This document shows positions 10,069 to 21,660 of a stretch of DNA of 29,505 nt, one piece after another. Origin of the DNA: Adineta steineri (Eukaryota); assembly GCA_905250115.1 (NCBI GenBank), contig CAJNOI010000231.1:79063-108567 (forward strand). The letters run 5' to 3'. Numbering within the stretch: the first letter of the stretch is position 1; every line of letters begins with the position of its first letter. The notes under the pieces were generated by a model. The model saw nothing but the letters and a program-made list of their open reading frames with translations, was not told where the DNA came from and made no database searches. Made by a program: the position numbers and the translations under genes.

Positions 10069-11720
10069 TCACTCAGGTATTCGAATACATCGATAGTAAA
10101 CTGATCCGGTTGATGATATTGTCTGTGGATCTTCGTATACATAGTTTGTTGTCGTTGCCATAAATTCATGTTTTGCTTCAAATTGAGATTGTAGAAAAGT
10201 ATCTTCATCCCCTTGAGTTGGAACATATGTATAAGATGAATAGCGAAGTAGAGCATAGAACTTTCCAATTGTCAAGTTGTTTACTGTTATAGTACCAACC
10301 ATCTCTCTAGGATTTTTACGATAAGTTGGATTAGGTTCATTCCATTGAGGAACTGATAAGCGAACCGGTAATGTGACATGATCTTCATCTACAATACCAG
10401 TAATAGCAATGCTATAATCGATCTAAGATATTAATCAATAACGAATGAATTTCTAATTTAGAAATTATTAAAATTTTTATTTCGTTTACCTAAGACTAGC
10501 CTTTATCTATATTTAAATACGAAGGTAAAACTTACATCTAATGGTATACATCCATCATCTGCATCTTCTTTGATATCTATTGTTTCCCTTGTTGATCCAA
10601 ATTCGTCTTCACTCATCTTTTTTTCAATTTCTTTTTTATGGTTTAGAACATAATAGATAAGTTCATCCTCTTGATCATATTCATTTTCATTTTTATATCG
10701 TATACCAACTGCTGGAACAATATGATCATAATCTTCATAATCCATACCAGGAAGAAATATACCAAATATTACAGGATGTTTGCGTATAATCGACTGTTTC
10801 ATCCAACGACAAAAATTACGAAAATGTGGTTGAGGAGAATTTATCCAATCCCATTCACTATATGTAAAGTGAAGTATTTCCAAAGTACGCAATGGATTTC
10901 GATGATCATTGATTGATATTGGTTGCAAAAGATATTCACCATTATTTATATCATAAATCAGTTTTTGAGAAATCCAAGCACCGTAATATAGACCTAACAA
11001 TATCATATAGTTTTTAATAAATATCGAACATATCTCGCATATTTTTATCAATCTGTCGAATCTATCATTAAAAAGCTGTGTCGTGCAATCTCTGCGGGAT
11101 TAAAAATGTGAAACACGATATAGCTGCTAGCACTGACTCTTAAGAGATATAATTTGACTATAAAATTATAGATAAACTGACCAAAATAGTGTTGCTTACG
11201 GTCTGTCACGCTGTCGGTCACAGTCTGTGATGCTATCGATCAAGGTCTGTGACGCTGTTGATCACGATCTGTCGGAGGCGGGGAGTGGTGGGCCCAAATT
11301 TTTACCCCTATACACTTCAACACTCTCTTTCAGATGGTATTTCACGAAAAATGTAAGGATATATCAAGAAAATTGCAATGAAATCATATTTATTCCTAGA
11401 AGAACATGTTTTTAGTTGACATTAACTGATTGAACAAAATCATAAGAAATTAGTGATTCTTCTATAATTCAGATCATTTATGATGTCATAACTATGTAGT
11501 GTCAAATTCATCTCTCTAACAAAATATTGCATAGATAAAAAATGTCATACAACATACCAATAGATTGAAGGGCTGTTTCACCACAATAACCATTACCATT
11601 ATTCCATTGTAAACGAGGTGGAATATCAAGTAATACAGTTTGTCTAGTGAGTATTTCAGTTTCTTCTTCCGTTGTACTTTGTGAGCTAACGTTTGACATT
11701 TTTGCATAGACAACCGACAA
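10069..11720 (-). CDS. C39/papain-like cysteine peptidase-like protein, three exons: complement(join(10069..10422,10536..10993,11558..11720))
   Basis: Introns GTAAGT..TTAG (10423..10535) and GTATGT..TTAG (10994..11557) are phase-consistent; exons total 975 nt. The junction restores LQWNNGNGYCGETALQSIG-LYYGAWISQKLIYDINNGEYL; a downstream YEDYDHIVPAVGIRY supplies a His motif. First exon or start uncertain. Confidence 0.75.
11200..11275. repeat. Short degenerate tandem repeat (~21-24 nt unit, GGTCTGTGACGCTGTYGATCA) inside the long intron of the peptidase-like gene
   Basis: Three and a half units: GGTCTGTCACGCTGTCGGTCACA / GTCTGTGATGCTATCGATCAA / GGTCTGTGACGCTGTTGATCAC / GATCTGTCGG. Confidence 0.6.
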
Positions 11721-12072
11721 ATTTCGGCTGTTTATTACCTGTAAATTTTCCTTTATATATTACCGTCCATCATGACTAATAAAACATACATTTGATCCTC
11801 TATTATAAATTTCCCTTGTCGTAGTCATAATAAACATGACACCAGTCTACACATTGCGAAACTCTGTGTAATTTTGTTCTTTTTCACCTTGAAGCGAGCT
11901 TGTTATACTGTGATTCATTTGTGGTGGATATTTCTTCCATTATTCTTCTACCGTAAAAATGACACATACGACAAAATTATATATTTTTTTATTTTCTGTT
12001 TGTCACTACACAATGATGACTATCTAAACAATAGTCGAAACGATCGTTCTATGATACGTTGAATCTATTCTA

Positions 12073-12335
12073 TGAGGGTGTGTGTGTGTGTGTGGGTGTG
12101 GGTGTGGATGTGGGTGAGTGTGGGTGTGGGTGCGTGGGTGTGGGTGTGGGTGTGGGTCGTGGGTGTGGTTGGGTGGGTGAGAACGGGGATCAAGAAGAGA
12201 CTATCACCCACACCCACTCACCCTACCCACACCCACCCACCCACACCCACACCCACCCACACCCACACCCACACCCACACCCACACCCACACCCACCCAC
12301 ACCCACACCCACACCCACACCCACCCTCACGAGTC
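12073..12335. repeat. Largest telomere-like array: G-rich half (12073..~12184) facing C-rich half (~12206..12335)
   Basis: (GTGTGG/GGGTGT)n, then the spacer gaacggggatcaagaagagactatca, then (CCCACA)n. Confidence 0.9.
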
Positions 12336-12746
12336 TAACGGACAATGTAACTGAATACTCTACTTTTATTTCAATCTCAGTAAATGTTCTACTTTTCATA
12401 TTATTCATCTTTGTAGATTTTATTATCGTTCCAACGTAAGGTCTTGTCAGTGATTCTCCTCGCAACAGAAAACTTGGTAAAAGGCATTATGTTAAATTAA
12501 AAATGCAAAATATATTCAACATAGTAGGGAGCTTTCGTATACGCAGGCGGACATGTAGTTTTGTTCGCTTAGGAATGACTTTCAATTCACTAGAAATGAC
12601 AGTATACCACTCAGACAATAGTTTTTAAGAAAATGAAAGATTTTCGAAGAAAAAAACATTTTTTCGAAAAAATCTGTCTAGGGGACCTCAGCCTTTTTTC
12701 GAAAAAAATTGTTGTTTGAAAAATATGTTGAGCTATATATCATTCG

Positions 12747-12859
12747 ATGGGTGTGCATGTAGGGTGGGTGTGAGTTTTCTATTCTTTGTACGCACACTCA
12801 TCAACATCCACATCCACATCCACATCCACATCCACGCCTACACCCACAGCCTCAAGATG
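12747..12859. repeat. Degenerate telomere-like hairpin element ending CACAGCCTCAAGATG
   Basis: gggtgtgcatgtagggtgggtgtg ... (CACATC)n ... cctacacccacagcctcaagatg. Confidence 0.7.
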
Positions 12860-13326
12860 CTTCCTATGAGATCTTTTCAATGCTGCAATTTCTCATGGAT
12901 CTGCAATAACGTCAGAAAACCTAGCACACATTTTGTAATCGAAAAGTATCAGTTCTCATAAAATAATATGATCTAGCAACCAGTCGAAGTCAAACTTGAT
13001 TTTACCGTTGCGAGCTGTCTACTGAATACTTGAGCGTAACATACGTATTTGAACCTGAAAAGCTAAATGTACCGTATTTATTCATTCTTGATAACCTAAT
13101 AGGTACTTCCAAGGATAATGTGAACAACTTAAAAGCACCAGTGGCAAATGGGACTAGAAAAGATACTACTAATATCCATGATCCATCTAAAAAACGTACT
13201 ATTAGTTCCTCTAATTAGCTTCTGAAAGGTTATCCTTGGTATCCAGAATAGTTCACAAAAAGCTACATTTGGTATACCCATAATAGTGTTTATACAATTA
13301 TCCATGATCTTTATGTTGAGGCTAGA

Positions 13327-13389
13327 TGTGTGGGTGTGCGTCTGAATATAAGTGGAAGATAATATTCATCCTCACATTCACATCCTCAA
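13327..13389. repeat. Short degenerate telomere-like hairpin (gtgtgggtgtgcg ... ctcacattcacatcctcaa)
   Basis: Direct reading; shares spacer gaagataatattcatc. Confidence 0.6.
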
Positions 13390-13831
13390 ATGATACATTC
13401 TTTTTCTATTTGTCCTCTATTCAAAAATCAAATTGTCGGTGTTGCACATGTCGCTTTTATCTTTTTTTATTAGACAGAAAAAAGGTTTTTGTTTGATAAG
13501 GACAGAAGTTTATATATTGCTATACTCTTTTATTGTCTTTTAAAGCAAAAAAAGGCAAGTAAGAGAAGTATCATATAAAATACAAAGTGCGTTTTGTTTT
13601 TGTCATGATAAATAATGTTGGAAAAATCAGAGATTTGTAATAACGTGCAAAAAGATAAGAATTTTTTATGAAAATGTGAGTTATAAAAACAAGAATTAGG
13701 AATAGCTTAGAATGAAGTTGCTTTTGTTATTCGCAAATGAACAAACATCCTATTTTGCGATGCCTGAATATTTAAGAATCAGTTCTACTCCAGAATCGTT
13801 TCCACAATGTTCAATCAAACGGAATAGGATG

Positions 13832-13918
13832 GGTGGGTGTGGATGTTAGACAAAAACAAGGCTCATACCAACTCCCACACGCACACCCAAACCCACGCCC
13901 ACGCATACACCCGCACCT
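13832..13918. repeat. Degenerate telomere-like hairpin (gggtgggtgtgg ... cacccaaacccacgcccacgc)
   Basis: Direct reading. Confidence 0.6.
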
Positions 13919-14216
13919 TCATCTGTACCCTAACTCCGAGAACTATCAATGGAAATATGCTTTTTACTTCTTGTCTGCTGTTCTTTGTCCTGAAGTCTGA
14001 TTGATTGAACGGACAGATACACGTAGATACGGTGATATTACACTCTCACTGCCACTCTTAAGATAAAGATACTGTGACACTTTAAAAAAAGATTCAATCC
14101 TGTCAATGAACTCCGATTTATTTTACTTAAAAATGACATGTTAATCACAAATAGATAAAAAAGAAAAAAAATGAAATATCTCTTGAATATATCAATGCGA
14201 CGATCATAAACTAGAT

Positions 14217-15437
14217 TCATTCTAGATGATTACTAAAATAACGCATATAAAATGTTAAGAATATAATTGTTGATGCTAAACAACTCGTCGATATATAAGT
14301 AGGTATGTATAAAAAGTAGAAACGTATTAATAATAAAGAAAGTTTAAGAACACAAAGAAGGACCAAATTGGTTGCTAACATCAATAAACGACTTTGATTG
14401 ACTTGGAAGTATTCTATTGGCATTTCTTGACGTATTGAACCTACTAATAATAAAGCAAAGAAAATAAACATAATTATCCATATATCATTAACATATGTAA
14501 GTAAAATCGTAAAAGCGAAACTAAATAATCCAACAAATAAAATCATAAAAATTAATGATCGATAAAAAAACATTTCGATTTGATTGCGTAGGAGTGAAAA
14601 AAGAATAATGGGATATGGTATAATAGTCCCAATAGCAAAAAAGAGAAGGCAACAGATGATTTGACTAGCGCGTGATTTATTCAATAGAATCAATTGAAAC
14701 ATAGTCCAAATTCGAATCCAATAATTTTTGTGACGAGCTCGTTTAGCCACATTGAATCCAGCAAGACGAATTTTTCGTTGACTAAGCACGAATCGTCGTA
14801 CCCGATTATTTAATCTGGTGAACATATTTTTATTTTCTTGCTGTACTGGCACAGTACCTGGACGTTTAGGAATATCCCATGATGATACCGTTTGATCAAG
14901 CAAGACATGTAATCTTCCCAAAATACATTTCTTTGCATGCTCTTCCAATGATTCTCGATTTACAAGACATTTACATACATGACATGTAAGAGTAGTTAAT
15001 TTACAAGATTTTTGATGTCGATCAAATTCATTTATTTTAATATATTTTCCACAGATAAAACATTGCTTCGTTCGAAATTGACATTCGTCAGTTTCATGTT
15101 TTTCTAGTAAGTCATACGATAAGACTTTTGTACAACCTAATGAACTATTACGACATCGAATAGTCAAACGACTTAAAAGAGAACAAATAGATGGTGGAAC
15201 ACGTTTTTCTTCATAAGGAGAACAACGAAGCGGACATGAAGTTGAATTGATGGTAAGCCATGTTCGAATACATTTGTTACAAAATAAGTGTTGACAAGAA
15301 GCACATGATCTTGCTTTCCAAAGAAGATTTTTGCAAATTAAACAGAAAAGCTCATCTGCTACGCGAAGTTTATCCGTAACAATACGATCTGTATCGATAC
15401 CACCCTCTTCAAAACATATATCATTTGTGTCTAACAT
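14217..15437 (-). CDS. RING finger + TRAF-type zinc finger protein with C-terminal multi-pass membrane domain (putative membrane E3 ubiquitin ligase)
   Basis: CLICKNLLWKARSCASCQHLFCNKCIRTWLTINSTSCPLRC is RING-like. It is followed by C/H-rich TRAF-type repeats (CRNSSLGCTKVLSYDLLEKHETDEC; CFICGKYIKINEFDRHQKSC; CHVCKCLVNRESLEEHAKKC), then ~5-6 hydrophobic helices. Confidence 0.85.
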   Translation of the reverse strand: MLDTNDICFEEGGIDTDRIVTDKLRVADELFCLICKNLLWKARSCASCQHLFCNKCIRTWLTINSTSCPLRCSPYEEKRVPPSICSLLSRLTIRCRNSSLGCTKVLSYDLLEKHETDECQFRTKQCFICGKYIKINEFDRHQKSCKLTTLTCHVCKCLVNRESLEEHAKKCILGRLHVLLDQTVSSWDIPKRPGTVPVQQENKNMFTRLNNRVRRFVLSQRKIRLAGFNVAKRARHKNYWIRIWTMFQLILLNKSRASQIICCLLFFAIGTIIPYPIILFSLLRNQIEMFFYRSLIFMILFVGLFSFAFTILLTYVNDIWIIMFIFFALLLVGSIRQEMPIEYFQVNQSRLLMLATNLVLLCVLKLSLLLIRFYFLYIPTYISTSCLASTIIFLTFYMRYFSNHLE

Positions 15438-16565
15438 TTTGTCTTTGTGTATTATCTAAATAAAATAAAAAACAATAACAATTCTTCTCGTTTCTTATAC
15501 GCTGCTATTCGTTGCTCTGTCTTTCGGTGAAAGAGAAACAAACGGCAAAAATCATTAATGATTCACTTATAAGCTATGAATAAGAAAAACAACATATTCC
15601 GTTTTTATTTATCTTAGAAAATAATACCAAAAATCTAAGAATATTTTTACAATTTCTCACAAATTAAACTAGAAAGTTCAATAATAATAAATCATTTTAC
15701 AAATCGACAACTAATATCATCTACAATTCACTAGAATTATACTAAAGAACTTTAACTTCCCTAATCGAGATTCAGTCAGATAATATCTTTTCTCACTGCA
15801 TCAGCATTTAAAGATTTTTCTTGCTTGGAAAATACCTATACTGAGGGTGTGGATATGGATATGGGTGAACTCTACGATCTTGCAGCACATGCCCAAAAAT
15901 CCGTTCGAAACAGTCCAGTCTCGTAAAACTGGCACCAGCTTTCCAACCGACGAGATCAGATACTACACTTCGATCTAAGCCTGTAAAGACGAGAAGCGCT
16001 GCCGAATGATTGTCGTTCTTACTCTCGACTATGTCTGTGTCCTTTAAGCCTATTGAGCAATACTATTCCCCCGTTATAGAACAGATTCATGTGCAAGATG
16101 TAATGAGAGTATAGTAATGTGAGTTGTTATCGATTCTCTACACATTTTCATTTGCGGAATAAGAAAAATGATGAAATAATTAAATGTATGATTCACACTG
16201 TATAGCATAATTCGAATGGTTATATTCAACTACCAATAGAATATTCATGCGATCATGAATAGAACGACAAACAATTAGAATTCTGTTCGATGGTTGGCAG
16301 GTAATTATTGTGCCACGAATATATTTTCATTGCACTTAATAAAGAAGTGTGATTTTCTGACAAGTCAACTTTGTGATTAGTCGGTTTTTGATCAAACTTA
16401 GTCATCGACTAGCTTTTAATAGAACAACATTTACTCAGAGTAAAGTCAAATACATGAATCACACTTCGTCGTTCTGATGAAAAAATCTTGCATCATTTTT
16501 CTCGTACAAATAAGAATGTAAAGACATAGACACGGTCGAGAGTAAAGAGAAGCGAGAAGTATCAA

Positions 16566-16662
16566 CCACATCCACGCCTTGAGGGTGTGGGTGCACCGTC
16601 TTCTATATCATTGACACCCTCACCCGCACTCACCTTTTACGCACACACTCCCACGCACACCC
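16566..16662. repeat. Degenerate telomere-like repeat cluster
   Basis: ccacatccacgccttgagggtgtgggtg ... gacaccctcacccgcactcacc ... cccacgcacaccc. Confidence 0.65.
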
Positions 16663-16694
16663 TTTGTTTGCTGATTATTATAGAATAAATTAGT

Positions 16695-16749
16695 TTGAGG
16701 GTGTGGGTGTGGATGATAATCTTCTCTTCGCCCACACCCACACCCTCAA
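16695..16749. mobile_element. Best-preserved compact hairpin element: perfect 18-bp inverted arms TTGAGGGTGTGGGTGTGG / CCACACCCACACCCTCAA around a 19-nt spacer (candidate MITE-like unit)
   Basis: Arms at 16695..16712 and 16732..16749; spacer atgataatcttctcttcgc. Confidence 0.6.
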
Positions 16750-17062
16750 GATGGACATACATCGAAAGAACATGCTGTTTTAATAATCCACCATCATAAA
16801 AATTAACAATTCTTTTTCGTTTTTGTATGATAAAGGTAAGAAAATGAAAATGATAAAATAGTCACAACATTTTTTCTGGTGCGAGAAAGAAAGAAAAATA
16901 TCTCTGTTGACGGTGTTGCTCGCCATAATGTCAACGATCGCTCCTGCTCTATACAAGAGAAAACAGAAAAGTTCTTTCTTCACAACACTTCTCCACAAGA
17001 AGATTTTTTTCTTTTCTATCAGACATTTTCTATTATGCAAGCGGTAATATAAATATATAAGA

Positions 17063-17119
17063 AGGGTGTAGGTAGAAGATAATCATAACACTGTTACTCG
17101 CACCCACACCATCAAGATG
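17063..17119. repeat. Degenerate copy of the telomere-like hairpin element (gggtgtaggtagaagataatcat ... cgcacccacaccatcaagatgg)
   Basis: Direct reading; conserved right end and spacer core. Confidence 0.65.
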
Positions 17120-18656
17120 GTTTTGACAATAAGTAAACAAATTTGCTTAAAACTTGAAAGAAATCTGCGCAGTTTTGTGTGGGTAAATAGACGATTTGAT
17201 TTTTGCAACACTAGAATACGTGGACCATGTGTCAAAACCAACGTTTCATTGAAATAATAGACCGTTTCTGAATATTTTTTCGATTTTCTATGAGAATGAC
17301 TTCGACTCAGATAATATTGAAGAAAAAGAAGTTCCCTTGTTTTCTTTTTCGATTGATGAAAATCACATGTTTCTAATTGCCTGTATCCTCGAGTTATTCA
17401 AAAAGCAGTGTCAAATATTATATCTCGTCACATCCTATTGGATGCGACATAAATATTACAACAGTTGGCACTTTGCAAATATCAGAGCATGGATAAATTA
17501 TATAATCGGGAGGTTGTTAAAAAATGCACTGGGAAAAATTCTACAAAAACTATATGGAAAAATATGGTCGAGCATATCATCGCCATATGATTCTGTCAGT
17601 TTAGGTATAGGAAACATTATCTGAACAAGCCCATACAGATTTGTACAGGTTTCACGACGCTTCTGTTAAAAAGAACTAAGACTATAATTTACATGCAGTA
17701 TGATATGCGTAGAATACCAAATGTCATAATATTTCTTTTGCATCTAATATAATTTAGAAAAGATTGTCAAGTTGACGTGACAGGTAAGCAAGAGAGAAAG
17801 TTTATCTAAATTAGAAATTATAATTTCAATAAACCTGTCATATAACTTTCACAGAAAAGCATATGGTAAAGTATATCTAAATCATGATAATAAGTTGAGC
17901 AAATACGTTATTACATAAATATTGAGTCGCTGTCAAAAATGTTTGTTCGCTACAATCATTTAAAATATGTTCATTGATCAATTTGAACAAAAACTCTCTT
18001 GTTTGTCTTTGAGAAATCGAATCGATTTTTGAGATTATTAATTATCTGATTGGAGTTCATTGAGACATATGAATGAATTCTTGTTCTCTTCTTCGAGATT
18101 ATATTCACAATGAATATTTAAACAAATGAAATCTCTAATTTCATAATTGAATATAGGGTGATAGTAATAAGGACTTCGCCTGACGAAGTCTTTTCTAGTG
18201 AGTGACTTTCTGATGAGGATTATATTGTAGTTCTTTTGTCGTTTCTTCATTGACGCAAGCTAAAATAATATTTGTTTTGGAATAGTTTTCGTATGTACAC
18301 ATATGGGTTTTTAATTTGAGCATTCAAATAACCGAAGAGAAATTTATATTTCTCACTTATTGGTCGTCCGTCAAATAACTAGGATGTATTTTCATTATTA
18401 AGAATCGCCAATTCGATATAATGTGAGAAAGATTTTTCATCAATTGTACAAAACTTTAATAGCATGTCGTAAATGATATAAATAAGTGTTGTCAGTTCAA
18501 AAAATACGATTTGTACAGAATTACTAAAAATATTGAAGGTATAATAAAAGCTAGTTCATGTATTTTTAATGCACACGGATCTTTCCCTCTCATGTTCATC
18601 CGCGATCGTTAGATTATTTTCTTTAAAAAAAATATTTTGAGAAAGAATCACTTTTT

Positions 18657-19990
18657 CTAGCTTGACAAATAATGACTATCTCTGGAGTTCACGGGTGATA
18701 TCCTATTTTTCCGTCCATTTACTCCTTTCATCAAGTGGTTTTTACAGAAACGTCCGGAATCCAATATTTTCCTTATGCGTCTTCCTGACCTGGTGTTCGT
18801 ATAAAATTCAGTCATGTAAATATTTGATGGATACACGAAAATTAGCCAAGTAAGATCCATCGGCATAAATGTCAATGCTTGTATGATGATTTTAAAAATG
18901 TATTCTACAGTAGAAATTCCACAGTACCAATATCCCCGTCCGAAAGGTCTTATTGGATACCATGTTTGATATGGAGCGATACAGAGACTATACACAACTG
19001 GTGGGACGAATATGAACAAATGTTTTCTTAGTAGTTTGAAAAATATTTTTTTTCTTGATTCCTGACCAGTACCATAGTGATATATATGTAGGGCAAAATA
19101 AATCAGAACGAGTAAAGTTGCTACTACGTAGATGAGACCTGCAAGAATCCCAGCCGTATAAAACCATCGTGTTGATCCACGTGACTTTGTTGTTTGATGT
19201 GCATCATTACATTCACATCGGTAGATCAGCATTGGTACGGTAGTTATAGTCAGTGGTTTATCTAGCGGGGGGGCACGGGGCTTTTTGCCCCCTCGGAGGG
19301 TGCTCCTGCCCCCCCGGAATTCAGAAAAAATACGCTTTTTGAGTCTGAAACTCTACGTTTGCCCCCTCAGAAGAGAGATTTTTGCCCCCCCGGCAGTTAA
19401 TTTCGCACCCTCGGACGAAAAAAGCTGGATAAAACACTGGTTATAGTAGTCAAAGAAAAAGTAAGAAATAATGTAATGACTGATCGCCTCCGTGTCGCAT
19501 TCATTTTAAAATTAAAACAAGTGACAAGAACACGTTCAAATGCAACGAGGGCACCCAGAGAAAGACACACTAACGCGACCACTTGATCTCCACTCTTTTT
19601 AAGAAAACAATCAAATGTTTCAGACAGTTTGTGATTATCTCTGAAGGGATATGGTTTGAAATACTGCACAGATTGATTAACTACAAGCAATACACTTCCG
19701 ATCATAGATATAAATGAGTAAAGAATGAGATAGACACCAATATTGGTACGACGTACATGTTTACAACCTAGAAAGACTTCAAGACTAAGTAGATTATTCA
19801 CAAGTGATAGACATAACTTCATTAAAAAGATAATTAGATAAACATAAACCGTGTCAAATTGAATCCGCCGTTGGTTTGGAATTGGATCTGTACAGTTGAT
19901 ACCCTCGAAACATGGATTGCACTGACAGTAACTTATATTCGAAGAATTACTTAATATGAGTAGACCACCATTTAAACATTCAGAAGACAT
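18657..19990 (-). pseudogene. EGF-like + 7TM (GPCR-like) receptor gene interrupted in predicted TM4 by a 189-bp MITE
   Basis: ORFs 19397..19990 and 18657..19232 (-). Removing the 189-bp element plus one 8-bp TSD copy gives 1137 nt (378 aa + stop) and joins FLTFSLTTIT-TVPMLIYRCECN in frame. The EGF-like N-term is CLNGGLLILSNSSNISYCQCNPCFEGINC. Upstream exons possible. Confidence 0.75.
19251..19439. mobile_element. hAT-like MITE (non-autonomous DNA transposon), 189 bp
   Basis: TIRs CAGTGGTTTATCTAGC and CAGTGTTTTATCCAGC (14/16). Perfect 8-bp TSD GTTATAGT at 19243..19250 and 19440..19447. GC-rich interior unlike surroundings. Confidence 0.9.
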
Positions 19991-20037
19991 CTAGTAAGTG
20001 TATTATGTTAGAAACAAAATTTTCAAATAAATCTTCT

Positions 20038-20110
20038 TAGGGTGTGGGTGCGGGTGTGGGTGGGTGTGAAGATGAAGAGAAGAGTATCATCCACACCCGA
20101 CACCCTCACG
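20038..20110. repeat. Telomere-like hairpin element, reverse spacer orientation
   Basis: tagggtgtgggtgcgggtgtgggtgggtgtg aagatgaagagaagagtatcat ccacacccgacaccctca; the spacer is the reverse complement type of the one at 16713..16731. Confidence 0.75.
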
Positions 20111-21553
20111 ATGGTTGGGTGGAAATAGGGCGAACGTGGGTGAAGGAGCGTACGGGTGGGTGAAAATCATTGGAATATGGTAAGAGCGAGTGAAAATGGT
20201 TGGGAATGCGTGATATACGATGAGAGTGGGTGGTGTAGTTTTTAAGCCCATCTCTGATAATTGCCTTTCCTTTTATGAAAAACACTCTTACTGATGAAAA
20301 CTGTCGTGTAATTTGCACGGATCTCTGCTAATTGAAAGTATTTTTCACCGTTTTCTAATGAAAAAAATGGCTCTCTACAATGTTCGGTTATAGCTCACTT
20401 AACGTGAATATTCAGATGATAAAACTAAAGTTGTTTTCTGTTTAAAATTTCAGATATGGGAGAAAATACTTAGAGACAAAAGACATACAATTGAGTCTAA
20501 AAAACAAAGTGGCAACTTCAATTCTATATCATTACCCTCTAACTATGCCCTTATACGAGTCAATCGTTTCTGTGAGAAATATCGAACCTTGTTTTTATAC
20601 TTTTCAAACTGGTTAATTACCAACAGAAGTAAGGTGGTGATAACTATTGTGATCGTTTTCAGGGTTGTTTGAAAGCTTGAAATTTTTCTGGCACTCTCGA
20701 TACACTTCTACAGTGTCTTATGAGAGATTTTTTGCATTACCATTCTCCATCTTTCTTTTCACCAATATTGGCACATATTTACTCACCTTGAAAGAGGAAC
20801 TGGTAACTTATCTATGTCATGCAATAAAATTTGACAACTGTTTTCATAAATCTTTCTCTCTGAATGATGTGTCAATAGTTAGTTTTTAGTATTGTTTTAT
20901 TCTCTATGTTTTTTTTCTACATTGTATGCGATCAAAAAACACGTCAATAGTACAAATAGGCATCATTCATTTTTTATTAGTCTTTTATTCTGAAAGCAAA
21001 CGAAGCTTAAACGAGTTTATGTGTATCAATGTCAGCACGTATAATTAAACCAGATTTTATAAGGGACAATGAATATTACATTAACTGTCCTAAGAAGAGA
21101 ACTGCTTATGAATGACATTTAAATGGTAGAAATGATTTTGCATTGAAAAAGGGTAAAAAATTTCGTTTACAATACCAAAAGCTGTACGTTACAAGACACT
21201 GGTTGGTAAGTTGCGCTTATGCAATTTTCCAACGCGAATTATTTGTCTCGCAAAAGAAAACAGACACACGACTCGATCAAATATATATGTGTTCACAGAA
21301 CTTATCTTTTGATTCTACGCGTGCATCTTCATACCTTTCTGTTCACTAAGCGGTCAGACAGTTATCTAAACAGACGCAGACTATTAACGGAGTGACGGTT
21401 TCACAATCAGAGAAAAGTGTCACACAAATATATATACTTTATGCTACGTGATAGATCTCTGATTTCAGCGTTTTGACCGCATTCGCAGGATGTGGTCGTG
21501 TAAAACTATCAAGAATGGACACCATAACCATTCCATAAGGCTGTATTATTATT

Positions 21554-21660
21554 TTAGGGTGTGTGTGTGAGGGTGAGGGTGTGAGTGTGGGTGTGTGGGT
21601 GTGGGTGTGGATGTTTATTCTCCTTCAGTCCACACCCACACCCACACCCACACCCTCAAG
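21554..21660. repeat. Telomere-like hairpin element (tagggtgtgtgtg ... gggtgtgg / ccacacccacacccacacccacaccctcaag)
   Basis: Direct reading. Confidence 0.85.

Noticed and set aside
10671-10916. ORF on + strand opposite the peptidase-like exon
   Set aside because: Antisense shadow of a supported exon.
12059-12465. ORFs MNLFYEGVCVCVG..., MRVCVCVWVW..., MRGESLTRPYVG...
   Set aside because: Coding potential is entirely due to the long telomere-like array.
13030-13218. 62-aa ORF FILDNLIGTSKDNVNNLKAPVANGTRKDT...
   Set aside because: Balanced composition suggests a possible exon fragment, but no gene model could be built around it.
17337-17624. 95-aa ORF on + strand
   Set aside because: No domain, no homologous look and no splice partners; likely chance.
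18662-18853. ORF on + strand opposite the 7TM receptor
   Set aside because: Antisense shadow ORF.
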